Shown here piece after piece: positions 50,056 to 61,850 of a DNA stretch of 64,000 nucleotides; position 1 is the stretch's first letter, and each line of letters starts with the position of its first letter. The stretch spans positions 2,294,001 to 2,358,000 of the forward strand of contig JAYWIR010000028.1 in assembly GCA_036172245.1 (NCBI GenBank), written 5' to 3'. This DNA comes from Raillietiella orientalis. Taxonomy: Eukaryota. Both the position numbers and the translations under genes were made by a program. The notes below the pieces were generated by a model, which did no database searches, had not been told where the DNA came from, and saw only the letters and a program-made list of their open reading frames with translations.

Positions 50056-52668
50056 CCGCCGTCCTTCCGGTTCCGGAGTCCCGAGATGCTGCAACGAGAG
50101 CTCGGATAAACGTAGGAAAGCTCAGAGTCAGCCTCACGCGATGTTTACATCACCGTCCATTGCTTCCAGTCTCTGAGGACTGCAGTTCAGCTCCCTAAAA
50201 GTCAAGAGGCATCAAGAAAGACCTCTCTCCTTCTTCCTGAAAAACCTAGACGAGTTGGAATTTCGGAGACCATTTCTTATTCCCAAGAAAGTCCAGGACT
50301 CTCTGCTTTTGCTGCAGGCAAGTTTTTCCAATAGAAGAAGGAACTGCAAAAAGGTCTTTTCTTAATTAGTACCACATTAGGAACGTGTGCGAATGGGTTC
50401 TGTTCACCTCTCTCATCTCCCTGATAAGTAGGGAATTTAGGGAGAAAAAAAAAAAGAAATGTGCTCATATCCCCATCGTTAAGTCCGTGGGAGGAACAAT
50501 CGGCTGTTGAAAAAGAAAAGGAAAAGGTATCGGTCCATGGACCTCCGCTAAACAAGATAGAAAAGCGGAGTGGGAGGAAAACGTCTGAATGGGATCCAAC
50601 CCATAGTAGGGTGGCCAAATACCTCAGCTTCGATGCCTATCAGAACACTTGAACGTCAGCACCAGGAAAAATGAAAAACTGAATATAGAGCGAAGCAAAG
50701 GTTATGGCGGAAGGCGGACATCCAAAAAGGAGAGGCCACCTCTAAGTGTTCCATTATTTTAATGAACCCATCCGTTTTGCTTGGTCCACTGAGTACTTCT
50801 TATAGAAACAAACAAATAGATGCATCCAGAGAGAAATCCTACAGTCATCGGATGTGAGAGACCACAATTGACGCTACATCGGGGGATCGGAACCCTTAAG
50901 TGAGGGGTAGGAGAGCGAGGAAGGAATGATATGAAAAAACAAACACTGCTTGCAGATAATCCTCGAGTCGCGATATCGGCAAGACAGCAAGAAGTCGAAA
51001 TAGCTGGATCACCTGCCCACTCAATCGGTCTACAATCTGCTACGATTCTTCCTTGGAGGCATCCGGGGCTGCAGGTGTCTCTGGCACATCCAGATCAAAG
51101 TTCACGCTCTTCTCAGTGCGCTACTGCGACGGCATGGCACATGACAAAGAGTGATCAGTAGCTGACACTGGCGAGGAAGGTAGGGTAGGGTAGGAGACGC
51201 CCTCTGCAGCAGAGAGTTGGATGCTGTGAGGCTGTAGAGCTCGTATGCACCTCCTCCAGTCAGGCTGTCGCATTCAGCTGCACTCATTCCAGCAGCAGAC
51301 GTAGAAAGGGACGGCCTCAGGCTCGCCGCGCAGACGTCAAAAGCCTCTTCTATTTTAAGACGTGGTAGCGTTCCCCATTACAGGAAGTTGACCAACGCTT
51401 GGCAGCCAACCGGGTCTCGCAACCTCAGAGACATGTGGGAGTTGTCCTGAGGCAAACCAGGCGCCTCAGGCAGGTGCTTAGTAGACCTATCCTCTTCCAC
51501 CTCTCTTTTCGTCTCGAAGCTGCGTTTTTCCGCTTTACTAGAGATGTTGAGATGATGATGTGGGTGCGGAGACAGTCTTTGTCGCTCCTACTAGCTTGCT
51601 CGTTGTTGGCAGAGGGCTGCGGTATATGGAGAATGCGCAAGTACAGGAGGTTCCGTGGTGAGGTGGAAACATTGGTTTTTGACCTCTTCGACCGGCTGTC
51701 TATTTACCTCCACAGCCATTCAAGACATCGGTTGGTGTCTTCTTCCTGTCTTTCTTCACAAAGGAGCACTATAGAACGCCACCTATGGCAGTCGCTTATT
51801 TATGCAGCGCAGTAAGAGCACCTCAACCCTTTGCCGACTTTATCGTAGACGGTGCTCTCACTGTCTACGATAGAGCCGAAGGACCAGTTTTCGAAGCCTC
51901 CTGACGTCATGATTGCCGTGGAAAGTTACGTTCCCCTTGGACTCAGTCCTTCTTTCAGCACCGTGTCCAAGCCATGGAGAACTCCTACCGTCAAGTTTTG
52001 CGATTCTCCAGAGTGGTAAAAGATTCAAAGGCATTCCATGAACCCCATGTGAGTACTTAGAAGTGGGACTGTGACAGGACTTCATCAGGGTATGCACAGA
52101 GTCTTCTGCCAGGTTGTATCTGAAAAGAATGTATCTGCGGTCCTCATACCCACGTTAAGGAATTTCAGGTTCCTAGTATTTTTTTTTAGCGATCTGTTAC
52201 GCATTGGATGAACTGCTGCTCGGACCGAACAAAACTGAAAATTCATCTTCCCCTCCATGCGTGAAAAGCTGGTTTCTGGGTGGAGCAAAATATTCATAAC
52301 CGTGAAACTCAATCCTGAGTGTTACCTCAAGGAAGAACTCAGCATTGAGTTTTGTCTGCAGTGGTAGGAGAACAGAGGTCCAAGATTACAAAGGGATCCT
52401 TGAACTAAGTCTCAAGAATCGCCAACAAGATGAGGATGGTACAAAGTTTCATAAGATGATGGACACCCGGAAAGCTCTCAACAGAGATCTCCAACGACAA
52501 TCGAAGCTTCACTGGTGAACCTTTAGAAATACCTTTATTTTTGCCTTCACTAATTTTTCAGTATCCCATCACTTTTCAGATTTCCCTCCCCCTTTATGAA
52601 GGGATGTTCCGCAAAGAAGAAGATCATTCTTTGTTCTTCCGGTCTCGTTCTTTCCTGTTCTCCTCCCC

Positions 52669-53195
52669 GGTTATGAAAATGGAGCCTTCCTTTCCCTCTG
52701 AAGGAAGCTTCCATCGTGTACCGTGGAGCTGGTTGGCAGCTCCTCGGGGGTACTCCACTCCAGAGTGCCAAGAAGAGAGCTGCTTTCTTCAGAGAGGAGC
52801 CCTTCGGAGAAATTGGGAAGCATCCCTTCGGGTTCTCTTCAGAGAAGTAAACAAGGAGCGGTTCCCATGCGGGTTCCCTCCGTGGAAGAAACGAGAAGTG
52901 GTGGTTCCCAGGAGGGAACCACCATTCCTCGTCAGCTACTGATAATTCTACCTCTGGAGAGAATAAGATTCCCTCCCTTATTCCCTTGGGAGATAACCAG
53001 GGCGAGAGTTCTCTACCAAACATAAAGGGAGCGGATTCCTTCTTTCAACGCCTTCCTGGATTCTTAGGGTGGTCGCTCCAGGGTTACTCCTAACTTGAAA
53101 AATAACACATACCCTTGGCATGGACGGTGTTAAAGAGCTTCGTGAGCCCCTAAAAAGACGGACGGTTCTTCAGCACCTAGCAAACTAAAAGAAAA
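52669..53195 (+). mobile_element. SINE-like family, copy C (5'-truncated, A-rich tail)
   Basis: Shares gaaaatggagcc, cttccatcg, gagctggttg, gggttctcttcagag, aaggagcggttccc and gccttcctggattc with A/B. Ends ggacggttcttcagcacctagcaaactAAAAGAAAA, like copy B. Confidence 0.7.
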
Positions 53196-53320
53196 TACCC
53201 CCCCCCCTCTTTCCCCAAAAAACGCTAGAAGGAAAAAGCGGAAACGGAAGAACTCAAAAGGATTTCCATCATCTAGACCAACAGTAACAATCTTCCCGTG
53301 GGATCGCTACTGGCCTTTTT

Positions 53321-53711
53321 TTTGCTTCGCTAGAACAAAGCCAGAGGAAACTCTGGTGGTGGTCCGCAGCGATCCCAACGTGCGAATTGGTAGTTAGAGC
53401 TTGGTGTAGGGGCGAAGGACGGTCGAATCATCTAGTAGTTGGTTCTCTCCGAAGTTTCCCTCCGGATGCTGGCGCTCTCTGAAGTAGGAAAAGAACGGAG
53501 TCTAATCAGGTAAAGCGAATGATTCGAGGCCTTGGGGTCGAAATGACCTCAGCCTATTCTCAAACTTGAAATTGGTGAGAAGTCCGGCTTGCTTGAAAGC
53601 TGAAGCTCAAAATTCCGGATCCATAATCACCCAGCGGGCCTATTTTGATAGGCAGAACTGACTCTGTATGATGAACCAAATGTTGGGTTACGACACCCTA
53701 TGCGACGCTCA
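53321..53711 (+). pseudogene. Decayed 28S (LSU) rRNA fragment
   Basis: Collinear matches to conserved LSU blocks: aagccagaggaaactctggtgg; ggggcgaaggac..tcgaatcatctagtagttggtt; cgaagtttccctccgga (53450-53466; canonical CGAAGTTTCCCTCAGGA); ggtaaagcgaatgattcgaggccttgggg; cctattctcaaactt; gcagaactg..gatgaaccaaa. There are many substitutions at normally invariant sites and no flanking rDNA. Confidence 0.93.
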
Positions 53712-54284
53712 AAGAAAAAAGCTTTCAGTGGTCTAAACTGTGAAGTGACCATCTGCAATGTCTTTTTGGAGCCTCTCTCTGGTTCGAAGTAAAGTGAAGA
53801 CTTTCGAAGAGTAAGGCGTGATTCCAGTGATGCAGACGTGATAAGCAAAGAAAATCCAACCGTTCATCATCTTCAGACGAAACCTCTGAATGACGAAAAG
53901 GGATTCTTTCCGTCAATTCACAAGATTTGAGATTGCCTGAAGCAACAAGAGAGAAGAATTTTCCACACTTTTTGCTTTTTTCCTACACTGACCAGCTTCG
54001 TGGTTGCCAGAGAAGGGCTGGTCCGTGAAGTGCGCCCAACAGCGGGAGAGTCTTCCTTGTCGAGACGAGGACTTCGTCGGTTTCGAACCCTCGACTTCCA
54101 AATCGGCGCAGGAGGTTCCCGTCATTGGATCAAGTCTGCTCTTGGTTGATCTTTGGCACGCGCAGTACTGAAGATCAAAGGTGAGATCAAAAGGTTCGTG
54201 CTGGTCGTCTGGAAACCTTACTATGTAAATCTGAGTTCGGTTATTCGGAAGATGTTCCAGCCGAGGAGTTCAGTACATGCTCTG

Positions 54285-54950
54285 GCTGTGTTCGATGTTG
54301 TACAGCACTGGACGCACATCGTTTAGAGAACTCCAACTCTTTTCAGGTATTATTGTCCTTGGAGTCCCAGGTTTGCAATGAGCCGATGCTGACCTCGGAG
54401 ATTGCATTCCTCTTGAGAGAGAGAGAAGGAAAGCGCGTAATTCTAAAGTACTTCACCCTTTCGTTCCAAAGATGGAGTCCTGCTTCCGAACGGGAAGCAC
54501 GTATCAAGTGTGGTTATGCTCCTTTTTTGCCTCATGAGTCAGATTGCCTTTAAATAAGCCATCATTTGCTAACTCATCAGCTGAATTTGCTCCACAAAGG
54601 TGACAATGACGTTGGTTCCTCCTCGCCTTTTCCTATTTACAACTTCTTGTATCCTTTAGAACTTGCTGTAATTTTCTTTAAAAGACATCGTGACAGCTTC
54701 ATGTTCCTCCTAAGTAGCAGCCCCCTTGCAACGCTAGTCAGTAGCATTGGACGAAGAGGAGCATGCCTCCTAACTTTGAGCAGATGAGAAAAGATAGAAT
54801 CTTTCTCCCGTTTGCTACATCTACCGATGGAGACTTACGTTGACATCTTTCCTGGATCCAGAGAACACATCCAGGGCATGCTTAGGCTCCTCTTCAAGTG
54901 GGGCGAACTGCTGACTGCTGCACGAACTCAAATACTGCCTAGCATCTACA
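54285..54950 (+). mobile_element. Decayed RTE-type LINE AP-endonuclease fragment
   Basis: Ordered blocks across frames: SMLYSTGRTSFRELQLFSGIIVLGV (cf. RTMYETGK..REM..Y.I.VLGISE), IAFLL, IKCGYAP (GYAP 54512-54523), RRGACLL, RTQI. By-eye only. Confidence 0.55.
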
Positions 54951-56169
54951 AAGTGGAAACGATGCATTACGCAGGAGAGCCAGGATGGGAAAGACAGGGA
55001 GTTCGCCGACCTTCCTAACCTTCTTCATGCAGAGGAGGGCAGAGAGATAGAAGAGGTTGGATAGAAGAATAAACGAAAACATAAGCAACTATAACAGGAT
55101 AAAGAAGGCTCATGGAAATAACTGTTAACTCTTTTTCTCCATGGTGTCTTTTATTTACTTATTCACTTATCCTCTCTCTCCATTCCTTCTATGGACCTCA
55201 GTAGCAATCGATCTGCTAAGCTGTGACTCTTCTAAGATCTACGGACCAGTGTCCTACTTTATTTTCTTTACATGTTGATTGTGTACTTATGATTACAAGA
55301 AATTTTGTGGACGCATTGCCCGGGGCGCACTCGGTGTGGTAAATTCAAGAGAATCGTCTTCCGTTTATTCTTTCCTACCTCTGCGTTGCCGACCCAAGAA
55401 CATTCTGTTTGCGCTTTTAAGATCTCGGAATTTTTCTTGTGTTAGCATTTTAATGAGGACAGCAGAGTGCCATTGGCTTAGAAAACCCGACGTGGTCGAA
55501 GAAAGCGTGAAGGTACGGGCGTGGTTGCAGTTCTGAAGTCAGGAATGCACTTTTGCTCTTCTGAATACTTGAGATGGTTTTTGAACTCTGTTTGGAGACG
55601 AAAGCCTTTTTTGGTTCACCAAGACGTCACTTCCTTTTTATTCTTTTCTCCTCCCTCTTCCTGTATGTAGTTCGGCATTCTCTTCTTTCCGAGGATCAGC
55701 TTTGGAGCATTTCTATTCATCCTGTGGGACGACAAAACTGTCAAAGGATGCAAGGATAACTTCGTTTGGGCATCTCAGAGTGGCGATCGTTCATTCCGTT
55801 TGTTGGTCTGCTTGCAGCACTGATTTTCCAGTTGCCTCATTAGAGTAGCCTCCATGCTTCCTGCGAAGCCTCCGTACCAAGCTGCATGCCTTTTCTTGCG
55901 CCATGATTGTCGGTGATGCCTTTCTCCCTTCCCCTTTCCCTTGTACTCCCAAAGTTGCGAAGCTGCTCCAAGACTTCCGTGACTGCAGTGATCTCCTGAA
56001 ATTCTTGAGGCTGGCGCTTCCAATCGTCAAGTTTTTCTCAAACCAGGGACACTTGAGGAATTTCTATCTTCCTCAGGCAAGCTGTTTCTGCCCACTCAAT
56101 CCTCCGGGATTTTTAACCTCGCACACTTCCTCTTCGCGTAAGGTTTGCCTCACAAGAGAGCTCTCTTGG

Positions 56170-56800
56170 AAGCTTCCGTTCAACTCTGAGAAGCTCTCTG
56201 AGATGTGCTATCAAATCTCTGACCACTGCCGAAAAAAATGTTCACTGTCCTTCGGTCACCTGATTGGCGTTTCTCTCGCCGTCCCCAAAGGTAGCGCCTG
56301 CGCCCACCTGATGAAAATATGTCCAATGATTGTCTGTTTGACTGACTGGACTCTTTCTGGTCGTCCTTTTCGAAGGGCTCGACCGGTTCGGCCGCGATGC
56401 ATCTCTCCGCGAAAGTCACAAGTGTTCTCTGATTGACTTCTGTAAATGTCTTCATCGCTCCGATAATGGACCAACGCCCCAAAGATAGTGGATTTCTTGG
56501 AGGCGACACCGGCAATGGTCCTTACCCGATCCATTCTTTCTGAGTGTGTGCTTTCGTACTGTCAATAGACATCTTTGCAGCTTCCTTTAGATGTGACCTG
56601 CTTGAGAGCACTCCCTCATAAGCACAGGCAGAATCGAATCAACCTCCGGCAACAAATCTTCCAAGAGAAAGAAGAATCTGTATGTTAAAGAGAGAGAAGA
56701 AATCCAAGAGCAACTCCGAAAAAGTTTATGGGCGCCCCTGTGGTATCCTGCAGAAAGGCATTTTTCTTCCTCTTCAGTGAAGGCATCCAGCTTTCCGTAA
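56170..56800 (-). mobile_element. Decayed RTE-type AP-endonuclease fragment (C-terminal half)
   Basis: AFTEEEEK, FLLEDLLPEV (cf. LLGDLNAEV), IGHIFI (cf. IDHILI) and FGSGQR/LIAHLR (cf. GSDH.LL.A.L), in order. Confidence 0.4.
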
Positions 56801-58359
56801 GAGATCGGAGTGGCGGAAGGGGATACTTTTGAGCCATCTCCATACGGAACTGCAAAGTCCGCGGAGAAAATTGTTGATCCTGAGAAGAAATCAAAAACGA
56901 AAGGAAGAGCTCCGATGCTTTGCAAGATCCCGAGGGGGAGGAAAGGCAGTCCTCTAACCGCTTGAGCACGTTCCGCGTGCTCAGAAAGCACTTTTTGAGC
57001 GGTGGTTTCAAGGTCCCTGTGAACAGTCGTCCTGATAAAAAGTGAAAGCGGAAAGAACTGACCATTTCACAAACACTCCTTCGCTGACACACCCAAATTT
57101 GCTGATCGGATTCTCTCGCGGTCGTTGCTTGAGGTTCCACCATTTCGCGGGGGCACCACGAGGAGCAAGGAAAGGATGAACGTCTGCGATGCAGCACTGG
57201 CGCCGAGCTCACCTCGGGTGGTTCACTCGTCGCGTACCACGCTAGTCAGAAGGCGGAATGCAACCTTCCAGGAGGTCAGTGGGTTATCCTGTGCTGCAGA
57301 ATTCAAGACAACCCCTGGAGGAGAAGGAATGCAGCGCAAGTTTAAAGGATATCTGGAGGCTCGGACAGAGCCGGCAAGCTATGGAAGGCTCTGAGCTCCC
57401 GCGAGGACGTCTCGTGTAATCTTTGAGATCTCAGGTGACAGATGGACTTCGAAAGACTCGGGGAATGATGAGAACGAACCGACGATTTCCAGAGGAGCAA
57501 TTAATCATAATGAGATTCGAGATGCAATGTCTCATCTCAGCCTCACAATGTTGTCAGGAATTACGTCGAAATCATGTTTGATCCTCATAAAACTCTTCCG
57601 GCATCGCCGTGCATAAATCGTCTTAATCTTTCAGCTTTGACCGTGAAATGCGGCCGCGGCACCTCACGCTTTCCATCGGCTCAAGACATTCGGTGCAAAG
57701 GCGCAGCCTTGAATTCCTTGAGAACCGAACCGGTCCTTCCACTCCTCCCTCTCACCTCCAAAATCGGTACGTGCCGGCTCCTTATCGTCTTGCGATCTAA
57801 GCCGAGTCCCCGTCGACCCGGGCTGCGCGTCCCGATCCCCCCGAATGCTGTCGGTCCATGGTAGACCCGTGTGATAATTGGCCGACCACCTCCAACGCAG
57901 TTCTTGCTGGCCGGAAACAAAGACTTCCAGCCTCGCCGGGGGCGAGACTTGGGATTCAGGGAGGGAGAATGCAAATGAAGTAGGACCTTATGGTGCTAGG
58001 CAGCATTCCTGAGTTGTCAGGCACAGGAAGGGAGGAAATGGGACTCTGTCCTCAGCAAAGTCCTGGACTGCCGACGGTTGTCCCGAGGATTCCGGTGCAT
58101 TCAACATCCCAGTGCGAGGCATTTGGTCGCACTTCGCACGAAAGCAGAGGCGGTTGCAGAAGAGTCCAGAAGCGGCCACACTCTTCTTGCGCTCTGAGAA
58201 GTGGCGAGGAGTCAATGGTGCGGTTCCTGGAGGAAAAGCACTTCCTAAGACGGCGGGAAGGCAACGCAGAACGGGTAATAATGAGACAATGAAGAGAGAA
58301 ATGTTTGCAGAGATGAGGAAGAGTGGGAGAAAAAAAAAAGGGTCGAGAGGAAAGAGTGC

Positions 58360-58650
58360 CATTCTCTTGACTATTCCTTTCGCATGCTGCGGAAGGTGAC
58401 CTGCAAGGAAGCAATCGGTGGTCCCAAACAAGTGGATCTCCCAAGAAGGAAATCTACTTGTTCGGGGAGGAATCTCTGAGCACTTGGGCTGCTCCTTGGA
58501 CTGATGAACGTCTTGCCCAGCTGAAGTCTGCCGTATTCCTAACACATGCGTGGAATAGTCTCCAGGATTCATCAATGCGCGCATTCCTTAAAGATCCTCT
58601 CTTTGGAGGAGTTTTTGAATTTCCAGCATACGTCAAGAGGACGAGAGTTC
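58360..58650 (-). mobile_element. Possible decayed AP-endonuclease N-terminal fragment
   Basis: YSTHVLGIRQT (cf. Y.IDILGISET) and LAG....HAKGI. Weak by-eye match. Confidence 0.3.
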
Positions 58651-61234
58651 CTCGACTGGGAAGAGGAGATTGGCTGCCATTGCCACTGCTTCCTCGTTCA
58701 ATGATCCTCCAGCACGAGGTGAACCTCCCATACGAGGTTCATGCCTCGCAGCCGATGTCCCACGATGGTTCCGAGAGACGCCGAGAGACCAAGAGACAGA
58801 CGGGAGCACACTAGCACTGTTCTGATAAGTTTCTTGATACTGCCTCGTTCTTTGGATCCTAGGAACGCAAGGGTCCCTAGACAAGTGCTCTTGTCGACTC
58901 TGGGCCTCCTTCAACCAACAGATGGAATGCCACTTCCCCTTGTTCAATTTGCCTGATCCCCTTAGATTTCGGGAAAACTGCCGAAGGAGAAAAGCGACGT
59001 CTAAGATCGCGACTCAGCCATCTTCTTGGTAGCACCTTGCCGGGTCTAAGCTGAGAATCGACGCCGGATAAGGAAGGCCATCAGCTCCCCAGTTCTTTCA
59101 AGTATCCTTTTGGGTGGGCACGCTGCCCATTCGCAGTGTCGCAGCAAGAGAAAGGGTTGGGGAGCTAGGAGTCTCGTGCTAAGCGAGAGCTCCTTCCCGT
59201 GACAGGAACCTTCGATGTATCCTGTGCGCACCGTTCCTGGAAGACACTCTCGAGCAGGCAGGGGGTTCGACCGCGTCGAGTAAATGGACGGGCAGTCGTC
59301 GAACCCTCGCGTGCCTCGCCGCTGAGGTGATGCGATGTGCGGGGCCACAGCCCCGCGCAGCCTTCCCCTGTTGCGGTGTTTCTTCCCTCGGAAGAGTCCC
59401 GCCTCTTCGCATCGAAGGATGCGCTCATCCGACAAGTGGCGAGTGCAAAATTTGTCAACTAGCAACCTCGCTTTCACATCTTTTTTCCATGTTAATTATA
59501 CCAAGATCTCTGCTGTGGAATCCAAGTCTCCTTGATAAGATGATGAACTCATTCTATGGATTTTCATCTTAATCCAATCGCGGTTAAATTTTCTTTGGTT
59601 TAAGAGCATCGGTTCGAGGAGCTGGACTCCTCAGGACGGTCTACTCATATAGCTCTTCCAGCTTGAAGCTGCAGTGAGGACGGCAGCGTCCTTGAAGGGA
59701 AAGCAGCGGCGAACAGGGATGCTGGAGTCAGCTAGAGATGGAGTGGATGGATGCCGGAGGTCTCCGAGGCGCTATGACTCATCTTGAGCGGTAATCCGGA
59801 GCAACTGAGGATTAAGGGCAGTCCTTCTCCCGGAGGTATCAGGGCAACAAGACAAAGACGAAAAGACAACAAGGCAACAAGACTGCCCTTCCTGGGCTGG
59901 TCCGCTCTTCAAGGATGCTTGGCGCTCCCGATCGAAGAAGGGACGCGCTTCCTGGGAGACTTGGTCTTCTGGCTGTTCCCTGTGGAAGTTCCCGGTTTTT
60001 CAGGGGCAGGTGGTAGGGACGCTCTCCCTTCTCTGCTGCCAAAGGATAAGGAGATCGTATTTTACGATGCCCTCTTGTGATCTCCAGAGAGGCAACCTTT
60101 CCTCTCCTTTCCTCCTCTCCCTTCTCATCCTCTTCCCCGTCTCCTATCGATATATTTACACTCAAGGGAGCACCCTCCCGGATCACTGATCAATCGGGAT
60201 AGAAGCTGCCAACGGTCTCGGCGGGCGACCAGCTAGGAAGGCAGCAACGAGGCGACGTTGGCCCCCTGTGCTGTGCCCGCAGAGAACAGGGAGGAACGGA
60301 TCTTTCGCGGCGCAAGGCTTCGGTCGTCAGGCAATGGAGGAGTGTGCGCTTCGTCCGAGGTCCGCACCCTTCCTGACCGGACTCCGCGCTCCACCCGCCC
60401 GTCCTGGCCATCCCCCCCCCAGAGAGAACCGCGGAGCTCCCTGCAGCACTCGTCCATGAAAAGAACTTTAGCAGGCCCTTCCGACGGATGTGGCAACTCG
60501 CCGATGCAGCTATCACAGTGAGGCTTTCGAACAAAAGGAAGGATGGCAGGGGGAAGGGGAGGGGGCTCTCCAGCTCAACGGGAAAGGGAAGCGAGCCGCC
60601 CACAGTGGCAGCCTTCTGCCCGCCGATGACAAAAGGTAGCGGTTCGGGAACTCTCGGGCTCCAGGGAGACAGTCCGTTCACAGCGCCGCTTGGCCAAAAG
60701 TCTGGATGCTTCTGAATAGGGGCAACAAGGGAGCGGTGCGTCCCAGAAATCGCTTCCGCCATACATCCCCAGCATCCCTCTTTCAGACGAATCGGAAGGA
60801 TGCTGCTCACAACAATCGAGACAGCCAGAGCGCCGCTCTCAGTAACGACTCCGTTTAGTGTACGCTGTAAAGTACGTATGGAGCTCAACCAGAATCCGAT
60901 TGGCTCGCAGCGAATGTCCCTCATTTAGCCCCATCTTTGTCCCCTATCGTAAGCGCAAACTGCCCTCATTCTTCTACCGAAACGTTAACGGGCAGAGTGT
61001 TTATTGATCCAGGGAAGGCAACGACTTTGGGAGGCATTAGCGGTTCAAATGGCTGCCCAAGCCCAGTTTCATCTAATGATGCTGCCGCAGCGGCTCCTGC
61101 ATTCTCCACTTCACATTCCGCTTTGATCACGTGCCTTTCCTGCCTCCAGATCTCGCGCGCGCACTCCTGGTGCGCGCGAGATCTTTAACGCTGTCGTTGC
61201 AATCCGAAGGTGGTGTCACTCTCGTGTCGAGTAA

Positions 61235-61850
61235 TAGGGATATCCCCGGAGGGACCACCCTGTAAACCCAGGAAAGCTCCATAGGAAGGAGTCCGTTCCT
61301 CTTACACTAGGGCGCGAACCCCGAAAAGAACCTTCCCCTCTAGTTGTCTCCTAAAGGAACCCCTACAGGGCTCGCATCTGCTGATGACTGAAGCAGGCCC
61401 TTCCAACGGTTTTTCCGACGGATGTGGAAACTTCTCCAGGCAGAATTCCACTTCGAAATTCTTTCTTTCTCTCTACTCTACTGGGGTTTACTGGGGTCTT
61501 TTGTAGGCTTCCCTTCTGTCCACCCCTTCTTCCACCTCCCGGAGAGTCGTCGTCTCGCGAGTGCGTGCGCCTCCACAAAGGCGCTCCTTGTTTCTTCCTT
61601 TGAAGAGGATCCCAAAGGGACTCTTTTGAGAACTGCTCCCGAAGGCAGCAGCGCGCTTCCTAAGCTCTGGAGGGTCAGCCCTCCGAGTGAGGTATCAGCT
61701 AGCTCCAACCAAATAGAGGCCAACCAGCGTAATCTTGTGGGGGGAACTCAACCCACAGCGCACCCATTTCTTCCCTACGCGCGGAGACTGTAACGCGGGT
61801 CCACATGGAGATTCGAACCCGAAATGCTTGATACCTAATAAACCCGGGTC
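61235..61850 (-). mobile_element. SINE-like family, copy D (head + body, internal deletion)
   Basis: The minus strand reads ggtatcaagcatttcgGGTTCGAATCtc and gaaatgggtgcgctgtgggttgagttccccccacaagattacgctggttggcct, both aligning to the copy A head. These are followed by body blocks ctccagagc, cctcttcaaaggaagaaacaaggagcg, gactccttcc and cagggtggtccctcc. Confidence 0.65.

Noticed and set aside
53321..53711. Functional rRNA gene
   Set aside because: Short fragment, mutated at conserved sites, with no rDNA unit around it.
55030..55195. Purine-rich then pyrimidine-rich arms suggesting a MITE
   Set aside because: The arms pair only loosely and are low complexity; no TSD.
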